Source: Bacteroidota bacterium
GTDB taxonomy: Bacteria; Bacteroidota; Bacteroidia; Bacteroidales; VadinHA17
DNA: 64,000 bases
Direction: 5' to 3'
NCBI GenBank assembly: GCA_016718875.1
Contig: JADKBL010000007.1
Location: 73,680 to 137,679 of the forward strand
Numbering within the stretch: the stretch's first letter is position 1; each line of letters opens with the position of its first letter. This document shows positions 50,823 through 61,081 of this stretch, piece by piece. Below the pieces are notes generated by a model, which saw nothing but the letters and a program-made list of their open reading frames with translations, searched no databases and was not told where the DNA came from. Both the position numbers and the translations under genes were made by a program.

Positions 50823-53800
50823 TCAGGATTTTTTCTCAATCCATTTTCTTGCATTGACAAAGGCCATTATCCATGGCGTTACTTCGTCATTCCTCTTTTC
50901 AATAGGATAATATCCGCACTGCCATGGGAAATATGCCCGTTCAAGATGAGGCATCATAACAAGATGGCGGCCATCCTCTGAACATAATCCGGCGACGTCA
51001 TGTTCCGAACCGTTTGGATTTGCAGGATAGGTATGATTGCTGTACTTCATTGATACCTTATACCTCTCCTCGGGATACGGGAAAACAAACCGGCCTTCAC
51101 CGTGAGCTACCCATATTCCAAGTTCCATACCCTCCATATTTCCAAGCATCACCGAATTATTCGGCAATATTTTTACCCCGAGGAATCCCGATTCAAATTT
51201 ATGTGAACTGTTGTGCTGAAGCTTTGGCATCTCTTTATGATCGGGATATACAAGACCCAGTTCCGACATAAGCTGGCATCCGTTACAGACTCCTAGCGAA
51301 AGAGTATCCTGGCGTTTATAGAATTTTTCAAGTGCTATCCTTGCCTTTTCATTATACCTGAAAGCACCTGCCCATCCCCTGGCTGAGCCAAGCACATCGG
51401 AATTGGAAAACCCTCCGACAAAAACAATCATGCTGATATCTTCAAGTGTCTCTCTTCCCGATATCAGATCGGTCATATGAACATCCTTAACATCAAATCC
51501 TGCCAGGTAAAGTGCATATGCCATCTCACGGTCGCCATTGACTCCCTTCTCACGTATAATTGCGGCTTTTATACCTGATTTTTTTCTTCTTTCAGGACTA
51601 ATCCCAAGTGTTTTGAAAGTTCCGTCAAAATCAGCGGTATAGAAATTAAGGCCGTGTTTCTTATAGTTTTGAAAACGCTCCAGGGAGAGCTTTTCTCCCG
51701 ATTGTTTTCTGTCGAGAAGATAGGATGTTTTGAACCATTTGTCCCTGAGTGCATCAATATCAAGTTCAAGAGACCTTCGGTTGTTCTTTATAAAGAGCTT
51801 CCTGTCATGAACGGGATGTCCTATTGAGAAATAGGAGATGCCGCTTTCAAGAAGTATCTCAGCTACTTCAATTTCATCCCTTACCTGAATTATTACCCCA
51901 GGGTTCTGGCTGAAGAGCAGCTTTACGAGATCATCCTCTTCCATTGAAGTGAGGTTGATTGTTATTCCTCCTTCAGTATTTGAGAAACACATCTCCAGAA
52001 GGGTTGTCAGCATACCGCCGGCTGAAATATCATGACCTGCCAGTACCTTGCCTTTTTTAATAAGATCCTGGATAGTATTGAATGCTTCTTTAAAATAGGC
52101 AGGGTCTTTAACTGTGGGAGCTTCGCTGCCAAGCCTGTTAAGTATCTGCGCAAATGCACTTCCGCCAATTTTGAGACTGTCGCGACTCATGTCGATATAG
52201 AGCAGGCTTGTAAAAGGATCATTGACAACAACCGGTTCCACAATACTCCTTATATCACTTATCTCACCTGATGCTGAAATGATTACAGTGCCGGGAGAGT
52301 AGACAACTTCATCCCTGTATTTTTGTGTCATCGAAAGACTGTCCTTTCCTGTTGGGATATTTATCCCCAGCTCGATGGCAAACTTACCGGCTGCTTTAAC
52401 TGCTTCATGCAGCCTGACATCTTCACCCTGATTCCTGCATGGCCACATCCAGTTGGCTGAGAGCGAAACACTTTTCAGGTTATCTGCCAATGGTGCCCAT
52501 ATTATGTTTGTCAGCGACTCGGCAATCGACAGAACTGATCCTGCACCCGGATTAATAAGTCCTGCAGCCGGTGCATGACCAATTGATGTGGCCATTCCCT
52601 TTTTGCCTCTGTAATCAAGCGCAATTGCTCCCAGGTTATTAAGAGGCAGCTGAAGAGGTCCGGCACATTGCTGCTTTGCCAGACGTCCGGTTACCGATCT
52701 GTCAACCTTGTTGGTAAGCCAGTCTTTGCAGGCAACTTCCTCCAGCTGAAGTACCTGTTCGGCATACTGCTGTATCTTTTCCTGGTCATATTCCGGATCT
52801 GCATAGACATCTGTTGCCTTGCTGTCTTTCATTATTGTTTTGGGAGGATCACCAAAAAGTGAGGCTAGTGCCATATCAATTGGCTTCTCTCCGGTTACAG
52901 GGTTCTCCAGAGTAAACTGCATATCGCCTGTAACTTCGCCGATAACATAGAAGGGTGCTCTTTCCCTCTCTGCAATCCTGCGCAGTGTATCTATATCTGT
53001 CTTCCTTATTACCAGCCCCATACGCTCCTGCGACTCGTTGCCTATTATCTCCTTTGCAGAAAGGGTTGGATCGCCTACCGGCAGTTTGCTTATATCAATT
53101 TTTCCTCCTGTTGCCTCTACTAGCTCAGAGAGACAGTTTAGATGTCCACCGGCACCATGGTCATGAATTGAAACAACCGGATTATTCTCCGATTCGCTGA
53201 GTGCGCGTATAGCATTATATACTCTTTTCTGCATCTCGGGATTGGCTCTCTGAACCGCATTCAGTTCAATGGAGCTGTCGTATTTGCCTGTATCAACTGA
53301 AGATACAGCACCTCCGCCCATACCGATCCTGTAGTTGTCACCGCCGAGAAGTACAATCTTGTCACCTTTTTCAGGTGTATCCTTTTCGCTGTCTTTTTTC
53401 TTGCCTATTCCTATTCCGCCGGCAAGCATTATAACCTTGTCGTAACCGAATTTCTTCAGGTTCTCAAAGTGTTCGAAAGTGAATACGGAACCGCAGATCA
53501 GAGGCTGTCCGAACTTATTACCAAAATCACTTGCCCCGTTTGATGCCTTGATCAGAATATCTTCCGGTGTCTGGTAAAGCCATTTTCTCTCTTCTGTTGC
53601 TTTTTCCCAGGGCCTTGGTCCGTCGGGGCGGGGATATGATGTCATATAAACAGCTGTTCCGGCAATAGGGAATGCTCCTTTTCCTCCTGCTATCCTGTCC
53701 CTGATCTCACCGCCGGTACCAGTTGATGCCCCGTTGAAAGGCTCAACGGTTGTAGGGAAATTATGAGTCTCTGCTTTCACTGAAAGTACAGATTCATAGT

Positions 53801-54509
53801 CAGTTATTTTGAAGTAGTCAGATTTGTCCTGTGTAGCTGGAGCAAACTGTTCAACTTCAGGTCCGCCAAGAAATGCACAGTTGTCTTTGTAAGCAGATAC
53901 TACGTGATTGGGATTTGTTTTTGTGGTCTCTTTAATCATCTGGAAGAGAGTTTTTTCCTTCTCCTTTCCATCTATTATAAACTTTCCGTTAAATATCTTA
54001 TGGCGACAGTGTTCAGAGTTTACCTGCGAAAATCCGAACACCTCGCTGTCAGTCAGTTTTCTTCCGAGTGTTTTACTAAGCCTGTTCAGGTATTCAACCT
54101 CATCGGGGTTAAGTGCCAGACCCTCTTTATGATTGTATTCAGCAATATCATCAATATAGAAAACAGGTTCAGGCTTTCTTTCAATTGTAAATATTTTCTG
54201 GTCGAGCGACTTGTAAAGCGCCTGAAGCATCGGATCATAATGAGGATTTTTTGATGATGCGGCATGAAACTCCTCAATTCGGATGATACCTGATATTCCC
54301 ATATTCTGGGTGATCTCGACGGCATTTGTACTCCATGGAGTTATCATCTCCTTCCTTGGTCCGATGAACATGCCTTCTATCTGTTCCTTAGCGATCAGAG
54401 TTGCATTTCCAAACAGCCATATCAGTTTGTCGATTTCACTCTGTGGCAGCCGGGATGTAGTTCCTGTAGCTATAATGTTTTTTGAATCGCATTCGAAGAA
54501 AAGAATCAT
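50823..54509 (-). CDS. purL: Phosphoribosylformylglycinamidine synthase, single-chain large form
   Basis: 1228 aa. AIR-synthase-like repeats (ETHNFPT, DHGAGG) and a C-terminal glutaminase domain (GVCNGCQ). Confidence 0.95.
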   Translation of the reverse strand: MILFFECDSKNIIATGTTSRLPQSEIDKLIWLFGNATLIAKEQIEGMFIGPRKEMITPWSTNAVEITQNMGISGIIRIEEFHAASSKNPHYDPMLQALYKSLDQKIFTIERKPEPVFYIDDIAEYNHKEGLALNPDEVEYLNRLSKTLGRKLTDSEVFGFSQVNSEHCRHKIFNGKFIIDGKEKEKTLFQMIKETTKTNPNHVVSAYKDNCAFLGGPEVEQFAPATQDKSDYFKITDYESVLSVKAETHNFPTTVEPFNGASTGTGGEIRDRIAGGKGAFPIAGTAVYMTSYPRPDGPRPWEKATEERKWLYQTPEDILIKASNGASDFGNKFGQPLICGSVFTFEHFENLKKFGYDKVIMLAGGIGIGKKKDSEKDTPEKGDKIVLLGGDNYRIGMGGGAVSSVDTGKYDSSIELNAVQRANPEMQKRVYNAIRALSESENNPVVSIHDHGAGGHLNCLSELVEATGGKIDISKLPVGDPTLSAKEIIGNESQERMGLVIRKTDIDTLRRIAERERAPFYVIGEVTGDMQFTLENPVTGEKPIDMALASLFGDPPKTIMKDSKATDVYADPEYDQEKIQQYAEQVLQLEEVACKDWLTNKVDRSVTGRLAKQQCAGPLQLPLNNLGAIALDYRGKKGMATSIGHAPAAGLINPGAGSVLSIAESLTNIIWAPLADNLKSVSLSANWMWPCRNQGEDVRLHEAVKAAGKFAIELGINIPTGKDSLSMTQKYRDEVVYSPGTVIISASGEISDIRSIVEPVVVNDPFTSLLYIDMSRDSLKIGGSAFAQILNRLGSEAPTVKDPAYFKEAFNTIQDLIKKGKVLAGHDISAGGMLTTLLEMCFSNTEGGITINLTSMEEDDLVKLLFSQNPGVIIQVRDEIEVAEILLESGISYFSIGHPVHDRKLFIKNNRRSLELDIDALRDKWFKTSYLLDRKQSGEKLSLERFQNYKKHGLNFYTADFDGTFKTLGISPERRKKSGIKAAIIREKGVNGDREMAYALYLAGFDVKDVHMTDLISGRETLEDISMIVFVGGFSNSDVLGSARGWAGAFRYNEKARIALEKFYKRQDTLSLGVCNGCQLMSELGLVYPDHKEMPKLQHNSSHKFESGFLGVKILPNNSVMLGNMEGMELGIWVAHGEGRFVFPYPEERYKVSMKYSNHTYPANPNGSEHDVAGLCSEDGRHLVMMPHLERAYFPWQCGYYPIEKRNDEVTPWIMAFVNARKWIEKKS

Positions 54510-54668
54510 GATTTATTGGTGTAATTGGTTGATATGTAGATCAGTAGCTTTGACATGAATCAAATAACGAAGTGTTGTAAATATAATTGAAGTTTAAGGA
54601 AAATCCTAACTTCTACCTTTTGCGTAATTATGCGATGCAGATATATAGGGATAGAAGAAAATCTTTTG

Positions 54669-54697
54669 TCCCGCAGATCGCGCTGATTGGCGCAGAT
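54669..54697 (+). repeat. Dispersed ~28-nt repeat, variant copy
   Basis: tcccgcagatcgcgctgattggcgcagat, lying between purL and dcp. Related to the copies at 31738 and 32271. Confidence 0.7.
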
Positions 54698-54703
54698 TCA
54701 ATT

Positions 54704-56734
54704 TTATTTCAGACCACTGCGTTTTAATAACGGTTCAATTGAAGGTTCCTTGCCTCTGAACTTTTTATATAACTCCATTGGTTTTTCCGATCCTCCTTTT
54801 TCAAGAATATTTTTCCGGAATGATGCTGCGACCCTGCTGTTAAAAATACCTTTCTCACTGAAGAAGCTGAAAGCATCTGCATCGAGCACCTCGGCCCACT
54901 TGTATCCGTAATAACCTGCTGCATAGCCTCCTGCAAAAATATGAGAGAATGAACAGCTTGTGTTTGATCCGCTTACCTCCGGAAAGAGTTCTGTATTTTT
55001 CAGGGCAGCTGATTCAAATTCACCTACTTCTGTATTAACAGGTGAAGTCACAGAGTGCCATTCCATATCGAGAATACCGAATCCCAGCTGCCTGTAGCAG
55101 GCATATCCTTCATTGAAAACCGAGGCTTCCTTGATCTTTTTTATAACCTCCTCAGGAATTTTTTCTCCGGTTATGTAATGTGCGGCCCATGTATCAAGCC
55201 ATGTTTTTTCATATGCATAATTCTCCATGAACTGGGAGGGCAGCTCCACAAAATCGCGCGCTACATTGGTTCCAGCCAGACTTTCATATGTGCATTGCGA
55301 AAGCATTCCGTGAAGGGCATGTCCAAACTCGTGAAGAAAGGTTGTGAGTTCATTGAATGACAGGAGGGAAGGTTTTGATTCGGTAGACCTGGTGAAGTTT
55401 GCAACTATCGAAATGAGCGGCCTGATATTGGCATCTTTAAGTTTTTTCTGATCCCTGTAGCTTGTCATCCAGGCTCCTCCGCTCTTACCGGGACGTGGGT
55501 GATAATCGGTATAAAATATTGCAAGCAATTCACCTTTTTTGTCGTATACTTCGAAGGTCTTTACTTCAGGGTGGTACACAGGAATATTGAGGTTCTGCCT
55601 GAATGTAATACCGTAAAGTGTTTTTGCCAGATCAAAAATAGCCTTTTCAACATTTTCGAGACGGAAGTATGGCTTTAGCAGCTCATCATCAAAATCGTAC
55701 AGTTCCTTCTTAAGCTTTTCAGAGTAAAATGACCAGTCCCACCTTTCTATCTCTCCCTCATGTCCGTTTCTGAGGGCAATTTTCCGGATGTTTTCAAGGT
55801 CCCTGTAGGCTGCAGGTTTTGATGCATCATGGAGCCTCGATAGAAGTTTATGCACTTTTGAGGGTGTATTTGCCATCCTGTCGGTAAGCGCCATTTCGGC
55901 ATAATTCCTGAATCCCAGCATTTTGGCCAGTTCAAGCCTGAGATTGACCATACTGATTACAAGTTTGCTGTTATCATTACTGTTTCCCCTGAATGCCCTC
56001 GAAGTATGGCCTTTCAATAGCTTCTCACGAAGTTCTCTTTTAGCCGAATATTGCATGAAAGGCATGTAACTTGGAAAATGAAGAGTGAAAACCCATCCTT
56101 GTTTTTCCCTGCTTTTTGCCTCTTCGGCTGCTGCTTCAACCGAGCTTTCCGGAAGTCCTTCAAGATCAGCCTTGTCAGTCAGATGAAGTTCCCATGAGTT
56201 TGTCTCTTCAAGCACATTCTCATCAAATTTCAAAGCCAGTATTGAGAGTTCCATTGATATCTCACGAAACCGTTGCTTCTTTTTTTCCTTTAATGCAGCT
56301 CCTCCCAGGATGAAGTTCCGGTGACTCTTTTCAAGAAGAAGATCCTGTTCACTGTTCAGGTTTAGTGACTCTCTGTTTTCGAATATTTTATCAATTCGTT
56401 CGAAAAGCTTTTTGTTGAGAGTAATATCATTTGAGAATTTTGTCAGTATTGGTGATACCTCCTGGGTGACAGCCTGAAATTCATTGCTGGTCTCAGCACT
56501 GTTAAGGTTGAAAAGAAGCGATGTGATCCTGCTTAGATATTCTCCCGATCTTTCAAGTGCCTCAATAGTATTTTCAAACGATGGCGGTTCCTGATTGACT
56601 GTTATCCTGTCAATCTCCGATTCGGCAATTTTAATTGCTTCTTCGATACCTTCCCTGAAGTGACCTGGTTTTATCAGGTTAAAAGGAGGAGTTGCGAATG
56701 GCGTTTCCCATTGGCTTACAAGTGGATTAGTCAT
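54704..56734 (-). CDS. dcp: M3 family peptidyl-dipeptidase (Dcp-like)
   Basis: HEFGHALH zinc motif. Start ATG at 56734 (MTNPLVSQWETPF..) overlaps the upstream stop (ATGACTAA). Confidence 0.88.
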   Translation of the reverse strand: MTNPLVSQWETPFATPPFNLIKPGHFREGIEEAIKIAESEIDRITVNQEPPSFENTIEALERSGEYLSRITSLLFNLNSAETSNEFQAVTQEVSPILTKFSNDITLNKKLFERIDKIFENRESLNLNSEQDLLLEKSHRNFILGGAALKEKKKQRFREISMELSILALKFDENVLEETNSWELHLTDKADLEGLPESSVEAAAEEAKSREKQGWVFTLHFPSYMPFMQYSAKRELREKLLKGHTSRAFRGNSNDNSKLVISMVNLRLELAKMLGFRNYAEMALTDRMANTPSKVHKLLSRLHDASKPAAYRDLENIRKIALRNGHEGEIERWDWSFYSEKLKKELYDFDDELLKPYFRLENVEKAIFDLAKTLYGITFRQNLNIPVYHPEVKTFEVYDKKGELLAIFYTDYHPRPGKSGGAWMTSYRDQKKLKDANIRPLISIVANFTRSTESKPSLLSFNELTTFLHEFGHALHGMLSQCTYESLAGTNVARDFVELPSQFMENYAYEKTWLDTWAAHYITGEKIPEEVIKKIKEASVFNEGYACYRQLGFGILDMEWHSVTSPVNTEVGEFESAALKNTELFPEVSGSNTSCSFSHIFAGGYAAGYYGYKWAEVLDADAFSFFSEKGIFNSRVAASFRKNILEKGGSEKPMELYKKFRGKEPSIEPLLKRSGLK

Positions 56735-59384
56735 ACAATCCCTCCCCTTCATCTTCATCATCTGCTTCAGCACCTGCGTATTTTGCAGGGTAAGGTGAAT
56801 TCCCTTTAGCATCGAACCATAAAATCCTGTTAAGAAGATCATCCTTTCCGGCATCAATGCCATCGAATACGGGAAGCATGCTCTTCTTTGCAAAATGCAG
56901 CTCTCTTCCGTCCAGGCCGGTAAGCTCCGGATTCATCTCATCAATCGGGATATTATTAAGGACTGCTTTGTATGGAGTAAGGTCAGCTTCAGTGCCAAAA
57001 CAGTCTGCCATTGTGTTGGCGATCGCATCCTGTATATTCATAGGAGGCATGCCAAGTATCTGTTCAATGGTCCTTACCATTGATGGCTGTGTGTAATAGG
57101 TGTGGTTAACACTTTGAAGCCTTGAGTATGGACTTATCACATAACTTACAGTACGATATGGTGATATATGATCCCATCCGCCCTGTGAATCATCTTCTAC
57201 AACGAAAATTACTGTTTCCTTCCAGAACCTGCTATTCGAAAATGCTTCAACGATGCGTCCGAGTGCAAGATCATTATCTGCAACCATGGCCCTTGGTGTA
57301 GGTGTTCCGGGACGAGTTCCAGCCGTATGATCATTTGGCAGAGCAACTATCATCAGTTCAGGTAGCTGGTCGCCTTCCTTATTCTCGTATTCCTTCAGCT
57401 CCCTGATCAGGACATCAGCCCTCATCACATCCGAAAATTCATGATTCCCGTATGAAGGATATGTCTGGCTCAGGATCGGTTTAACAGGATCAATTGTTGT
57501 TTCATTGTAGAAATCAATTTTTTCCCCTTTAAGGTATTTCCCATAAATATCTTTCCACTTAAGGTTATTCTTAATTACCGGTATTGAAGCTTCTCCATAT
57601 ATCTTCACCGACCGATTATTTTTCAGGGCATTATCCCAAAGGAATCCTGACGGGGCATATACAAGAGCATCGGTCTGCACATGGGCATAACTTCTGAACC
57701 AGGCTCTCATATTCTTTTCAATATAATCAGTTACTATCGACGCATCTGTCCACTGGTGACCTTCAGCCGAGCATTTGCCTGAAACAAGGAAATTGTCGAG
57801 CAGAATGAACTCATCAGCCAGCTTATGATGGTTCGGGGTGATCTCCTCACCATAAATACACAGACCAGCATCACCTCTTCCTTTTTTCATATCCCCGAGT
57901 ATCTGGTCGTAGGTCCTGTTCTCCTTTATAATATATACGACATGTTTGAATACAGATGGTTCACCGATCCTTTCAGGCACAGGTAACGGCTTCATCCCGT
58001 CGCGGGGTTTCTCCCTGGCAATTGTTGCCCTGGACAGATTATTGACAGCTATCACTGTATCCGTATAAGCCTTAAGTGCTTTCTTCTTAGGAACTTCTAT
58101 TACTGAAACTGTTGCCGGCAGATTATGTGAATTATAGACGGTATTGCTTGTCTTTGGATCAGTTAATCCGTACATGACTCCTGATCCTTCAAGGTTGCAG
58201 ACATACATCAGCGATTTGTAAAGGGCTATTGCGGAAGGATATACGCCGGTTGGTATAAAGCCTGTGACTTTACTCTCAGAAAGTTTCGATCTTAACGCAG
58301 CATTTTTCCCGAGCGATATCACGGCAATGGCATTATCCATTCCGTTGGCAACATAAAGTATCTTTCCGCACGATGAAAGAGACAGTCCGTTCGGGGAATC
58401 ACCGAAAAAAGGGTTTATCTCAGGCTGCAGTCTCACACTGATAGTTTCCGATACTTCATCGGATGTTGTTTTTATTGCGGAGATATTGTCGCTGTTTGAA
58501 TTTGTAACGTAAACAAATTTTCCGTCGCGGCTGCATGTAATCTCATTTGGATGCAGTCCTGTCAATATCTCTTTCAGAATTTTTCCCGATGAAGGGTCAA
58601 TTACAGCAACACTCCCTTCACGGGTTGCTCCTCCGGCATTTTGGTTGTCAACCCTTGCCTTTCCCCAGGGCACTCCTGCAACATCTTTATCTCCCTCTTC
58701 AGGATGTCTTCCTGCCCAGTTTGTAACATAAAGCTTCCCTGCAGCGTATGTTATACCATAAGGTGCAACACCCGGACTGACAGTCCATATTGTATCGCCT
58801 GTTGCAAGATCCTGTTTAACAAGGTCATTATTGCCGTTGAGTACCACATAGATATAGTCTTTACCGTTTTCCTTTTGTATTACAAGTTCATTAGGCAGGG
58901 CAGAGGATACACCCCTGGCAGGTTTGTACGTGAGCTTCCTTTTGAATTCAGCTTTTTTCCCGTCCCAACGGGCTGAAGCAACATATGAGAGCCTGTTTCG
59001 TCCGGTAAGGCTCCAGAAAACCTCGGGGCCGTTTTCTCCCTTGTACCAGGTTATCCCTGAGTATGTATTCATCCCGCCTTTCAGGTCGGGAATGTCATCA
59101 TTACGGAGTGTTACTTTAACAGTATTGTCTTCAGTGCTGATAAATACAATGCTGTATCTCTCTTCCACTACCAGCCATTTCCTGTCTGGCGAAAGTGCAG
59201 CATCGAGAGCATGATTTTCACGTGATTCATCACCAAAGAATATCTGAAAGCCTGCCGGCTGTATAAGCCTGTTATACGGAAGCTGGACCTGTCCGGGAAG
59301 GAGAGGAGTCTGATTTTCAGTTACCTGGGCAAAACCTGCTGCAGAAAAGGTTGCAGCCAGAAGTATAATATATAGACGTTTCAT
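56727..59384 (-). CDS. Secreted YncE-like beta-propeller fused to a phosphoesterase (PlcC/AcpA family) domain
   Basis: Signal peptide. Propeller repeats (..YVTN.., ..YVAN.., ..YVCN..), then HVVYIIKENRTYDQILGD and ..VALPNDHTAG.. phosphoesterase motifs. Confidence 0.8.
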   Translation of the reverse strand: MKRLYIILLAATFSAAGFAQVTENQTPLLPGQVQLPYNRLIQPAGFQIFFGDESRENHALDAALSPDRKWLVVEERYSIVFISTEDNTVKVTLRNDDIPDLKGGMNTYSGITWYKGENGPEVFWSLTGRNRLSYVASARWDGKKAEFKRKLTYKPARGVSSALPNELVIQKENGKDYIYVVLNGNNDLVKQDLATGDTIWTVSPGVAPYGITYAAGKLYVTNWAGRHPEEGDKDVAGVPWGKARVDNQNAGGATREGSVAVIDPSSGKILKEILTGLHPNEITCSRDGKFVYVTNSNSDNISAIKTTSDEVSETISVRLQPEINPFFGDSPNGLSLSSCGKILYVANGMDNAIAVISLGKNAALRSKLSESKVTGFIPTGVYPSAIALYKSLMYVCNLEGSGVMYGLTDPKTSNTVYNSHNLPATVSVIEVPKKKALKAYTDTVIAVNNLSRATIAREKPRDGMKPLPVPERIGEPSVFKHVVYIIKENRTYDQILGDMKKGRGDAGLCIYGEEITPNHHKLADEFILLDNFLVSGKCSAEGHQWTDASIVTDYIEKNMRAWFRSYAHVQTDALVYAPSGFLWDNALKNNRSVKIYGEASIPVIKNNLKWKDIYGKYLKGEKIDFYNETTIDPVKPILSQTYPSYGNHEFSDVMRADVLIRELKEYENKEGDQLPELMIVALPNDHTAGTRPGTPTPRAMVADNDLALGRIVEAFSNSRFWKETVIFVVEDDSQGGWDHISPYRTVSYVISPYSRLQSVNHTYYTQPSMVRTIEQILGMPPMNIQDAIANTMADCFGTEADLTPYKAVLNNIPIDEMNPELTGLDGRELHFAKKSMLPVFDGIDAGKDDLLNRILWFDAKGNSPYPAKYAGAEADDEDEGEGLYD

Positions 59385-59391
59385 ATTTTAT

Positions 59392-59425
59392 AATTTAAAA
59401 AGGCTGCCCGGTATATGGACAGCCT
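59392..59425 (-). terminator. Rho-independent terminator after the DUF3127 gene
   Basis: aggctg(c/t)cc stem with a 7-nt loop. On the minus strand it is followed by TTTTTAAATT. Confidence 0.5.
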
Positions 59426-59439
59426 CTGGTATTTTAGCT

Positions 59440-59820
59440 TTAGAATGGCAGATCGCTTAGTTCATCATTTTCGGGTGGTATATCGTCAATTGAAGGACGC
59501 GACTGAACAGCCTGTTCCCTGGTCTGTGCCGACAGCCTTTCGATTTTCCAGGCGTCGAGATTCGTGAAGTAATTCACTTTACCCTCTTTTTCCCACCTGT
59601 TACCTTTGAGATTGAACCATATCTTGATCTCTTCATTCATGAAAGATTCATTGATGAGATCGCATTTATCCTGCACAAGCTGGAATTTTATGTAGTCGAT
59701 GAAAACAGCTGCCCCGCCTGTTTCTTTCTTTTCAATGACAAACTCTCTTTTCTTGAACTTGTCGCTCACCTGGTTAACAGGGGCTATATCGATTACTTTA
59801 CCTGTGATTTCAAATGCCAT
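59440..59820 (-). CDS. DUF3127-like OB-fold protein with an SSB-type acidic C-terminal tip
   Basis: MAFEITGKVI...KKREFVIEK...YIKFQLVQDKC. Ends in ..PPENDELSDLPF. Confidence 0.65.
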   Translation of the reverse strand: MAFEITGKVIDIAPVNQVSDKFKKREFVIEKKETGGAAVFIDYIKFQLVQDKCDLINESFMNEEIKIWFNLKGNRWEKEGKVNYFTNLDAWKIERLSAQTREQAVQSRPSIDDIPPENDELSDLPF

Positions 59821-59823
59821 TTT

Positions 59824-60291
59824 CTATTCCTCTTCTTTTTCGTGAATAACAATCTTTTCTATTTTGTCACCTTGGCGAATCTTATCTATAACGTCAAGAC
59901 CTTCATACACCTTCCCGAAACAGGTATGCTGTCTGTCGAGATGCTTGGTGTTGTTCCTGCTATGGCAGATGAAGAACTGAGAACCGCCTGTGTTTCTACC
60001 GGCATGAGCCATTGAAAGAACGCCCTTGTCGTGATACTGGTTTCCGCCTGTGAGTTCACAGTTGATGGAATAACCCGGACCACCGGTTCCCACTCTGGGG
60101 TCGCTGATGTTCTTTGAATGAGGACAGCCTCCCTGGATCACGAAATCGGGTATGACCCTGTGAAATGCAAGTCCGTCATAGTAACCCTTTTTCGCAAGTG
60201 TTACGAAGTTCTCAACTGTCTTCGGAGCATCAGCTTCAAAGAAGTTTACCTTCATTACACCTTTTGCTGTGTGTATCTCTGCTGTAGCCAT
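59824..60291 (-). CDS. ppiB: Cyclophilin-type peptidyl-prolyl isomerase
   Basis: FHRVIPDFVIQGG, GTGGPGY, SMAHAG..GGSQFFI. Confidence 0.92.
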   Translation of the reverse strand: MATAEIHTAKGVMKVNFFEADAPKTVENFVTLAKKGYYDGLAFHRVIPDFVIQGGCPHSKNISDPRVGTGGPGYSINCELTGGNQYHDKGVLSMAHAGRNTGGSQFFICHSRNNTKHLDRQHTCFGKVYEGLDVIDKIRQGDKIEKIVIHEKEEE

Positions 60292-61007
60292 TACTGCTTG
60301 ATAATATCGAGAAGCTCAACATCAAATATAAGAGTTGAATAAGGCTTAATAACCTCACCTGCTCCGTTTTCGCCGTAAGCAAGGCTCTGAGGTATGTAAA
60401 GCTTGAACTTTGAACCCACAGGCATCAGCTGAAGAGCTTCTGTCCATCCTGCGATTACACCTGAAACAGGGAATTCAGCAGGCTGATTTCTTTTTACTGA
60501 TGAATCGAATTCGGTTCCGTCTATAAGTGTCCCGGTATAATGAACCCTTACCATGCTTTCAGTGGTTGGTTTTGCACCTGTTCCCATCTTAACAACCTCA
60601 TACTGAAGACCGCTGGCAGTTGTTGTAACACCTGATTTATTCTTATTTTCTGCAAGGAATTTTTCATTCTGATCAATATATTCCTTGAAATTGACTTTAT
60701 TCTCTTCTGCTTTTTTAGCTGATTTTGCTTTCTCGCGCTCGTTGATGAAAGCCATAATGAATGTGCGGGCTTCCTCATCCGACATAGCTGCTTTTCCGTC
60801 TTTTCCATCAAGCATGGCTTTTGCAACAAGCATAGGCTCAAGATTGAGACTGTCTGCTGCAAGCGCATTATAGTTAACAATACCAAAAGCATATGATAAA
60901 GAATCGACTCTGTTTTTCAGTTTCTGACCCTTAACTGATCCTGTTCCGCATGAGCCAAACAATAGAGTTGCAACAACTGTCACGACAACAAATAACTTGA
61001 TTTTCAT
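60291..61007 (-). CDS. FKBP-type peptidyl-prolyl isomerase (FkpA-like lipoprotein)
   Basis: Lipobox FGSCGTG, a helical N-domain and a C-terminal FKBP core (VHYTGTLIDGTEFDSS..GWTEAL..IPQSLAYG). Its stop shares one base with the ppiB start (TAATG). Confidence 0.9.
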   Translation of the reverse strand: MKIKLFVVVTVVATLLFGSCGTGSVKGQKLKNRVDSLSYAFGIVNYNALAADSLNLEPMLVAKAMLDGKDGKAAMSDEEARTFIMAFINEREKAKSAKKAEENKVNFKEYIDQNEKFLAENKNKSGVTTTASGLQYEVVKMGTGAKPTTESMVRVHYTGTLIDGTEFDSSVKRNQPAEFPVSGVIAGWTEALQLMPVGSKFKLYIPQSLAYGENGAGEVIKPYSTLIFDVELLDIIKQ

Positions 61008-61081
61008 ACTGATTATTTTTAATTTTAAAATTTGCGCTAAGATAATACTTTACTTGTAGCAAAACAGAGAGGCTGATAATT

